Source: an uncultured Lachnospiraceae bacterium (GTDB taxonomy: Bacteria; Bacillota; Clostridia; Oscillospirales; CAG-272). From it: 35,028 nt of DNA. Shown here in pieces: positions 26,870 through 35,028 of this stretch. Below the pieces are notes generated by a model. It was given only the letters and a program-made list of their open reading frames with translations, made no database searches and had not been told where the DNA came from. The translations under genes and the position numbers were made by a program. The stretch spans positions 13,943-48,970 of the forward strand of contig CAZYCC010000003.1 of the NCBI GenBank assembly GCA_964645985.1. Reading direction: 5' to 3'. The stretch's first letter is position 1. Each line of letters starts with the position of its first letter.

Positions 26870-27317
26870 GGTCCGCTCCTCGCGCGCCGGATTGCCTATG
26901 CCGGGAAAAGCACAAGGGCGAGCGATCGCTTGACTTTTTTGCGCGGGCGATTTCCCGAGCTTTTACCGGGGGGCGCGCCCCGCCCCGCGCGAGCGAGATC
27001 TCGCACGGGCCCCCGGGAGAGCGGGGAAGCGAGCGCGTCCCGGCGCTCCGTTTCTCGCCGCGGGAGCCTCGCGCGCACCCGCATAGAGAAGAACCGCGCC
27101 GATCGCTTTTTCCCCATCCCACGCGAGGGCGACCTCCCGCCGCGCGGGAAAAGCTCCGCGCCTCGCTCTCCCGGCGGTGTGCGTACTCTCGCGCCCCGCG
27201 TGAACATCTCTATCGCTCCCTTTGGCGAGCGCCTCCGTTCTGTCCCTTCGATAAGTCCCCCTCGCCGCGCGCGGCGAGAAGAATCCCGCTCTTCGCCCCT
27301 TCCCCCGACCCCCGCCC

Positions 27318-28457
27318 ATGTCCTCCTTCACCCTCCTCTCGAATAGTGTTCGCGCACGGCGCGGGCGGCTCTTCACCGTCCACGGCGACATTGAGACCCC
27401 GGTCTTTATGAATGTCGGCACCTCCGCCGCGATCAAGGGAGGGCTGTCCTCCGAGGATCTCGAGGCGGTCGGCTGCACGGTGGAGCTTTCCAACACCTAC
27501 CACCTCCATGTGCGCCCGGGAGAGGGAGTTATCCGCGCGCTCGGGGGTTTGCGGCGCTTTATGCGCTGGGAGGGGCCTGTCCTCACCGATTCGGGCGGCT
27601 TTCAGGTGTTCTCGCTCGCGGGCCTTCGCAAAATCACCGAGGAGGGGGTGACCTTCTCCTCGCATATCGACGGCAAACGCATTTTTATGGGGCCGGAGGA
27701 GAGCATCCGCATTCAGAGCGCGCTCGGCTCGACCATTGCGATGGCGTTTGACGAGTGCGTCGAGAACCCCGCCGAGTACCCCTATGTGAAAGCCTCCTGC
27801 GAGCGCACGCTTCGCTGGCTCGACCGCTGCCGCGAGGAGCTAACGCGGCTGCGAGCCCGCGAGGATACGCTCAACCGCGCGCAAATGCTCTTCGCCATTA
27901 ACCAAGGCTCGACCTTCGAGGACCTGCGGATTTGGCATATGAGGGAGATTTCGGCGCGCGAGGACATCGACGGGGTAGCGGTCGGCGGGCTTGCCGTCGG
28001 CGAGACGACCGAGGAGATGTACCACATCCTCGATGTCGTTCTGCCGTATGCTCCGGTAGAGAAGCCCCGCTACTTGATGGGCGTCGGCACGCCCGCAAAC
28101 ATCCTCGAGGGGGTGGCAAGGGGAGTTGACTTTTTCGACTGTGTGATGCCCTCGCGCAACGCGCGCCACGGCAATCTCTTCACCTGGAAGGGCAAACTGA
28201 ACCTTCTCAACGAGAAATATCTCCTCGACGACTCTCCGATCGACCCCGACTGCGCCTGTCCCGCCTGCCGCCGGTACAGCCGTGCCTATATCCGCCACCT
28301 CTTCAAGGCGCGGGAGCTGCTCGGGATGCGCCTGTGCGTCCTGCACAATCTTTATTTCTACAACGACCTCATGCGCCGCATCCGAGAGGCCCTTGACGGC
28401 GGATATTTTCCCGAATTTTACCAAAAATACCGCACTATCCTCGACGAAAAATTGTAA
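27318..28457 (+). CDS. tgt: tRNA-guanine(34) transglycosylase
   Basis: Motifs TPVFMNVGT, NTYHL, DSGGFQVFSL, MAFDEC, GGLAVGE, YLMGVG, DFFDCVMP, Zn site CACPAC...HN. Confidence 0.96.
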   Translation: MSSFTLLSNSVRARRGRLFTVHGDIETPVFMNVGTSAAIKGGLSSEDLEAVGCTVELSNTYHLHVRPGEGVIRALGGLRRFMRWEGPVLTDSGGFQVFSLAGLRKITEEGVTFSSHIDGKRIFMGPEESIRIQSALGSTIAMAFDECVENPAEYPYVKASCERTLRWLDRCREELTRLRAREDTLNRAQMLFAINQGSTFEDLRIWHMREISAREDIDGVAVGGLAVGETTEEMYHILDVVLPYAPVEKPRYLMGVGTPANILEGVARGVDFFDCVMPSRNARHGNLFTWKGKLNLLNEKYLLDDSPIDPDCACPACRRYSRAYIRHLFKARELLGMRLCVLHNLYFYNDLMRRIREALDGGYFPEFYQKYRTILDEKL

Positions 28458-28745
28458 GCCGCCGCACATCGCCCGCCGAGGCAAAAGATCGCGCTCGGTG
28501 CGCGGCACGCGGCGGGCGTGAGTTGAAATGATAGCGGGGGCGGCCGCGCAGAAACACGCTCGGCGCGCGGCGACCTCAGGACGCGGCAAGCGGCGGGTGG
28601 TGAGCGGAATAGCACGGGCGGCGAGCACCTGCCGCAGCGGGGGAACCCGCCCGGGACGGTAAGGGTTTACCCGCGCGGCGCAATGAACCGCGCGCGGGAG
28701 GGGGTTTTCGAAAAAACCTTGCGGGCGGCGGAATTTTCTTTATTT

Positions 28746-29063
28746 ATGGACGAGCAAAAAGTCGCGCGCATCAACGCGCTCGCGCGCAAGAAGAAGAGCG
28801 AGGGGCTCACGCCCGGGGAGGAGCGCGAGCAGGCGGCGCTGCGCGAGGAGTACCTTGCGGGAGTGCGCGCGTCGCTGCGCGGGCAGCTCGAGGGAATCAC
28901 CATCGTTCGCCCGGACGGCAGGCGCGAGCGTCCCCGTCGCAAGGCACCCCCCGCCGCGCCGGGGAGACCTGCCGGTGAGCCTCTCCCCGAGGAGGAACCC
29001 GCCCCCGCGCCGGGAGCGGGCACCGCCGCGCCGGGGGAGGAGAAACCTCCGCGCGGCGATTGA
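28746..29063 (+). CDS. DUF896 / UPF0291 (YnzC-like) protein with Pro-rich C-terminal extension
   Basis: [51 protein letters not shown] is the typical family pattern. Confidence 0.88.
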   Translation: MDEQKVARINALARKKKSEGLTPGEEREQAALREEYLAGVRASLRGQLEGITIVRPDGRRERPRRKAPPAAPGRPAGEPLPEEEPAPAPGAGTAAPGEEKPPRGD

Positions 29064-29078
29064 TTTCTCGGGGGCGAT

Positions 29079-30212
29079 ATGCTAAACTATTCCGAACCCC
29101 CGCGGCAGGAGGGCGCCGCGCCCGCGCCGCCGCCAACCGCTCCGGCCCCCGCGCCCCGCCTCACAGCGAAACCCGAGCTGCTCGCGCTCTCGGGGGAGGA
29201 GATTTTGGCGCTTCTCGCCTCCTATGGCGAGCCGCGCTACCGGGCGGAACAGCTGCGCGTCTGGATCTCGAGCGGCACGAGCTTGCAGGAGATGTCCAAC
29301 CTCCCTCGCGCTCTGCGCGAGCGGCTGCGCGAGGACTGCGTGTACGAGCTGCCACAGGTTCGCGAGAAACAGGTCTCGCGCGACGGCACGGTCAAATATC
29401 TTTTTGCCCTCGCCGACGGCGAGTGTGTCGAGAGCGTCGTCCTGCGCTACGAGTACGGGCTGTCCGCCTGCCTCTCGACCGAGGCGGGCTGCGCGATGGG
29501 CTGCGCCTTCTGCGCCTCCACCCTGCGCGGCAAGCGCCGCGCCCTCACGCCCGGGGAAATCCTCGGGCAGCTGCTCGCCGCCTCGCGCGACTTGGGCGAG
29601 CGCATTGCGCACGTCGTCCTTATGGGCATCGGCGAGCCGCTCGACAATTACGACAGTGTCCTTTGCTTTCTGCGGCGCGTGACCGACCCCGGCGGTGTCG
29701 CGCTCGGCGCGCGCGCGATCTCGCTCTCGACCTGCGGCATCGTCCCGCGCATACGGGATCTATCGCGAGAGGGGATCCCCCTCACGCTCTCGGTGTCACT
29801 GCACGCCCCGCGCGATGATCTCCGCTCGCGCCTCATGCCGATCAATCGCCGCTACCCGCTGCGGCAGCTCCTTCCCGCGCTCGCGGGCTACTACCGCGCG
29901 ACCGGGCGGCGCATCTCCTTTGAATATACGCTCCTTCGCGGGGTTAACGACTCCCCGCGCGAGGCGCGCGAGCTCGCTTTGCTCCTCAAAGAAAACCTGC
30001 CGGGGATGCCGCACCACGTCAACCTCATTCCCTACAACGCGGTGAGGGAGCGCCCCTTCCGCTCCTCGCCTCGCGCCGCGGTCTCGCGCTTTCGCGACAT
30101 TCTCGCGGCGTCGGGCGTTACCGCGACCGTGCGCCGCCGCCTCGGCGGCGACATCACCGCCTCCTGCGGGCAGCTGCGCAACCGCGCCCGCGCCCCGCAG
30201 GAGGGGGAGTAA
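29079..30212 (+). CDS. rlmN: Dual-specificity RNA methyltransferase RlmN (23S A2503 / tRNA A37 C2)
   Basis: Motifs DGTVKYLF, GCAMGCAFCAS (CxxxCxxC), MGIGEP, SLHAP, FEY, NLIPYN, SCGQL. Canonical position upstream of prpC-prkC. Confidence 0.92.
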   Translation: MLNYSEPPRQEGAAPAPPPTAPAPAPRLTAKPELLALSGEEILALLASYGEPRYRAEQLRVWISSGTSLQEMSNLPRALRERLREDCVYELPQVREKQVSRDGTVKYLFALADGECVESVVLRYEYGLSACLSTEAGCAMGCAFCASTLRGKRRALTPGEILGQLLAASRDLGERIAHVVLMGIGEPLDNYDSVLCFLRRVTDPGGVALGARAISLSTCGIVPRIRDLSREGIPLTLSVSLHAPRDDLRSRLMPINRRYPLRQLLPALAGYYRATGRRISFEYTLLRGVNDSPREARELALLLKENLPGMPHHVNLIPYNAVRERPFRSSPRAAVSRFRDILAASGVTATVRRRLGGDITASCGQLRNRARAPQEGE

Positions 30213-30328
30213 TCCCTCGCGCCGCAGGTTCGCCCGTGCGATCGGTTTTTGGCACCGCGCGCCGCGCTCCCGCCTGTTTTTTGTCATTTTTCCTCTCACC
30301 GCCGGTATCGGCGGGTTCTCCTTCGCGT

Positions 30329-31309
30329 ATGCGTTATCTCGGCAAGAGCGACGTGGGCAGACAGCGCACGGTCAACGAGGATATGTTCGGGGCGAAGCTC
30401 GTTCGAAACGGCAGCGGCACCGAGAGCGCCCTGGTCGCCGTCGTCTGCGACGGGATGGGCGGCGCGGCGGGCGGAGAGCTGGCCAGCGCCATCGGGCTCG
30501 ACGTGTATCTGTCGGAGCTCTCGGACAATGTCGAGGAGTATCTCAAAACCTCGCTCAAGCGCGACGCCGCGCTTGAGCTGCCGCGCCTCATTGTGCGCTC
30601 GGTCGGCAAGGCGAACCGCTTCCTCAACAAAATTTCAAGAGGCGACCCGGGTCTGCACGGGATGGGGACGACGCTCGTCTCCGCGCTCCTTTATAAGGGC
30701 GTTCTCTACGCCTGCAACATCGGCGACAGCCGCCTCTACCACGTCTACGGCGACAAAATCGAGCAGGTGACGCGCGACCACTCCTATGTGCAATATCTCA
30801 TCGACCGAGGGCGCATCTCCCCCGAGGAGGGGCGGCTTAGCGACAAGAAAAACATCATCACGCGCGCGCTCGGTGTCGAGGCGGAGGTTGAGGCGGATCT
30901 CTACCGCGTCGAGCTGCGCCACCCGGCGGCAAGTATGCCGGACCCTTCTGAGAAAGCCGCCCTAGCTGAAAAATCGTTTGGCAGGGCTGCGCCGACAAGC
31001 GCGGCGAAGTCGGCAAAGTCGGCAAGCGCGGCGGCATCGGCAAGCGCGGCGAGACCCGCGAATACGGCGGCGCTAGCGAAGCCTTTCCCTGCCCCGCCGG
31101 TTCCGGGCGGCGGCGAGGAGGATGACGAGTACCTCCTCCTCTGCACCGACGGCCTATCCAACTCACTCACCGACCGCGAGATTCTTGCGATTCTGCGCGC
31201 GAAAATCACACTGTATGATGAACTTGAAGTCAAAACGAACCTGCTCATTCAAGGCGCGAACCGCCGCGGCGGCGCCGACAACATCACCGTGCTTTTAATT
31301 AAAGTGTAG
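30329..31309 (+). CDS. prpC: Stp1/PrpC PP2C-type Ser/Thr phosphatase with internal low-complexity insertion
   Basis: Motifs SDVGRQRTVNED, VCDGMGG, GMGTT, NIGDSR, TRDHS, KNIITRALG, LLCTDGL, GGADNIT. Confidence 0.9.
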   Translation: MRYLGKSDVGRQRTVNEDMFGAKLVRNGSGTESALVAVVCDGMGGAAGGELASAIGLDVYLSELSDNVEEYLKTSLKRDAALELPRLIVRSVGKANRFLNKISRGDPGLHGMGTTLVSALLYKGVLYACNIGDSRLYHVYGDKIEQVTRDHSYVQYLIDRGRISPEEGRLSDKKNIITRALGVEAEVEADLYRVELRHPAASMPDPSEKAALAEKSFGRAAPTSAAKSAKSASAAASASAARPANTAALAKPFPAPPVPGGGEEDDEYLLLCTDGLSNSLTDREILAILRAKITLYDELEVKTNLLIQGANRRGGADNITVLLIKV

Positions 31310-31470
31310 CGCCTCCCCGCCCGCGCCGCCGCGCGCGAGGGAGCCGCGCAAAACCGAACCCAGTCCCTAACCCGCCCCGCCGCGCGCGCCTTTCGCCGTG
31401 GCGACCGATACGGCGCCTCACCCCCGCCCCCGCCTTGCCCTCATCTATCTCCCCTATAGGAGCAGCCACC

Positions 31471-33228
31471 GTGATTCCTTACGAAAGATCGATTGGCAGC
31501 ATCTTCGACGATCGCTACCGCATCGATAAACTGATCGGCGTCGGCGGGATGGCGGTTGTTTTCGAGGCGTTCGATCTGCGCGAAAACCGCGTCGTCGCGG
31601 TCAAGCTCTTGCGGGAGGAAATCTCGCGGGATGTCGTTTCGGTGCGCCGCTTTCTCAACGAGAGCATCGCCGTCTCCTACCTCAACCACCCCAACATCGT
31701 GCGCATTTTCGATGTCAAGGTCAGCGACGCGCGCAAGTACATCGTGATGGAGCGGGTTCTCGGGGTGACGCTGAAAAAATTCATCGAAACGAAAAAGCGC
31801 CTCAGCCATGATCTGACCGCCTCGATTTCCGCTCAGGTGCTTGAAGCGCTCGTTCACGCGCACGAGCGCGGCATTATCCACCGCGACATTAAGCCTCAGA
31901 ACATCCTTGTCCAAAGAGACGGCACCGTCAAGGTGACAGACTTCGGCATTGCCCTTCTCCCCGACCCCGACGCCGAAGGAGCCGCCCCCTCCGACCGCGC
32001 CATCGGCACGGTCAACTACATCAGCCCCGAGCAGGCATCGGCGCGGGAGGTCGACGCGCGCACGGATCTCTACTCGCTCGGCGTTGCGATGTACGAGATG
32101 ATCACGGGTGTTCTGCCCTTTGAGGGGAAAACCCCGCTCGAAATCGCGCAAAAGCAGGTGAGCGAGCCGCCTCCGCCCCCCTCGCAGCTCGTCCCCGGGA
32201 TGTCTCCCGGCCTTGAGGAGATTATTCTCACCGCGATGCAGAAAAACCCGGACGATCGCTTCTCCTCGGCGGAGGAAATGCTCTCCTATGTGCGCAAAGT
32301 CGAGCGCAATCCGCGCGCCAATCTGCACATTCGCACCGGGCGCCTTGAGGTGACCGAGGGCGGCAAGACGAAAAAGCGCCGCCACGCCTCCTTTCTCAAA
32401 CCCTCGCGCTATCACGAGGAAAAGCGCTCGAACCTGCCGATCATTTTGGGCGTGTCGCTCGCCTTTCTCCTTGTCGGTCTGGTTACCGGGTACTATGTCG
32501 CGAGCGACCTCTTCTCAAAAAGCGCGCTCAACTTTTTCAAGAGCGACAAGACCGAGGAGGTGACGGTCGGCAGCTACGCCGGCTCCCCCTACGACGACCT
32601 CATGCAGGCCGACCTCACAATGGACGGCGTTTCCTTTGATGTCACTTACGAGTTTAGTGAGGAAACGCCCGCTGGCACCGTGATGGCGCAGGATCCGCTC
32701 CCGGGCGCTGTGCGCAAGGAGGGGAATTTCACTTTGCACCTCACCGTCTCCAAGGGCCCCGAGGTCACCGCGATGGACAACGTGACGATGAAGGAATACC
32801 GCGCCGTCAAGATAGATCTGCTGAAGCGCGGCTATGTCGTCAATGTTGAGAAGGTGGAGAGCGACGTCTTCGACGCGGGGGTTATTCTCTACTCCGACCC
32901 GGCGGCGGGCGAACCGCTCTCCCCCGGGCAGATCGTGACGCTGACCGTTTCGCGCGGGGTGGACATCACCTATGTCACCGTGCCGGATGTGCGCGGGATG
33001 ACCTCTGCCGAGGCGTCCGCGAAAATCGTCGAGGCGGGGCTGCGCGTCGGTGAGATTTCCCCGGGAGAGCCGGGCGAGACGCCGGACATCGTCCTCTCGC
33101 AGAGCCGCACCCCCGGGCAGGTCGTCCCCGCTGGCAGCTATGTCGGGCTCACGGTGACCTCCTCCGCGGCCCCCGCCCCCGAACCCGCCCCCGATACGCC
33201 CCCGGCGGATCCCGCCGCGAGCGGCTGA
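31471..33228 (+). CDS. prkC: PASTA-domain Ser/Thr kinase (PrkC/Stk1/PknB family)
   Basis: Motifs [42 protein letters not shown]; one TM helix and three PASTA-like repeats. AGGAG lies 8 nt before GTG31471. Confidence 0.92.
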   Translation: MIPYERSIGSIFDDRYRIDKLIGVGGMAVVFEAFDLRENRVVAVKLLREEISRDVVSVRRFLNESIAVSYLNHPNIVRIFDVKVSDARKYIVMERVLGVTLKKFIETKKRLSHDLTASISAQVLEALVHAHERGIIHRDIKPQNILVQRDGTVKVTDFGIALLPDPDAEGAAPSDRAIGTVNYISPEQASAREVDARTDLYSLGVAMYEMITGVLPFEGKTPLEIAQKQVSEPPPPPSQLVPGMSPGLEEIILTAMQKNPDDRFSSAEEMLSYVRKVERNPRANLHIRTGRLEVTEGGKTKKRRHASFLKPSRYHEEKRSNLPIILGVSLAFLLVGLVTGYYVASDLFSKSALNFFKSDKTEEVTVGSYAGSPYDDLMQADLTMDGVSFDVTYEFSEETPAGTVMAQDPLPGAVRKEGNFTLHLTVSKGPEVTAMDNVTMKEYRAVKIDLLKRGYVVNVEKVESDVFDAGVILYSDPAAGEPLSPGQIVTLTVSRGVDITYVTVPDVRGMTSAEASAKIVEAGLRVGEISPGEPGETPDIVLSQSRTPGQVVPAGSYVGLTVTSSAAPAPEPAPDTPPADPAASG

Positions 33229-33331
33229 CGCGCGCCGCGCCCCAAGGAGGCTCGCCACGCGCTATCGCTTCGAATCTGCCGCGCGCCGCACGCCCGCCCC
33301 GGCATTTTTTTCGTTTTCTCTTTTTACTGCA

Positions 33332-35028
<1,697 letters not shown>

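Noticed and set aside
26870-27317. Long leader upstream of tgt as a possible preQ1 riboswitch or small ORF
   Set aside because: No preQ1-I hairpin with A-rich tail is visible, and the ORFs here are low-complexity GC filler.
29079-30212. Possible Cfr-type resistance methyltransferase
   Set aside because: Sequence motifs and the conserved position before prpC-prkC fit housekeeping RlmN, and there is no mobile context.

Overview
GC-rich chromosomal window from a Bacillota (Clostridia-like) organism, inferred from gene content; every supported gene is on the + strand. Part A (1-15364) is the 3' end of an accessory operon. It runs: 5'-truncated TadE-like pseudopilin, a DUF6382-like (pseudokinase-like)/Pro-rich/FHA protein, a PP2C phosphatase, a membrane Ser/Thr kinase with a non-PASTA extracellular domain, two small membrane proteins and a 2994-aa membrane-anchored Ig-repeat surface protein, closed by a perfect 17-bp-stem terminator. 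This looks like a Tad-pilus/adhesin locus with its own threonine-phosphorylation switch and is the best candidate for an uncharacterised system. Part B (15586-35028) is mostly core genes: rlmB, a ~900-bp spacer with a candidate structured RNA, a degenerate P1B-ATPase-like membrane protein, a transglutaminase-like lipoprotein, ynbB-like PLP enzyme, miaB, a YlbF/YmcA-family protein, tgt, DUF896, rlmN, prpC, prkC and 3'-truncated lepA. Window-wide oddities are SD-less pyrimidine-rich leaders on many core genes and frequent Ala/Pro low-complexity insertions in core proteins. All family calls come from motif recognition by eye; no searches were run.
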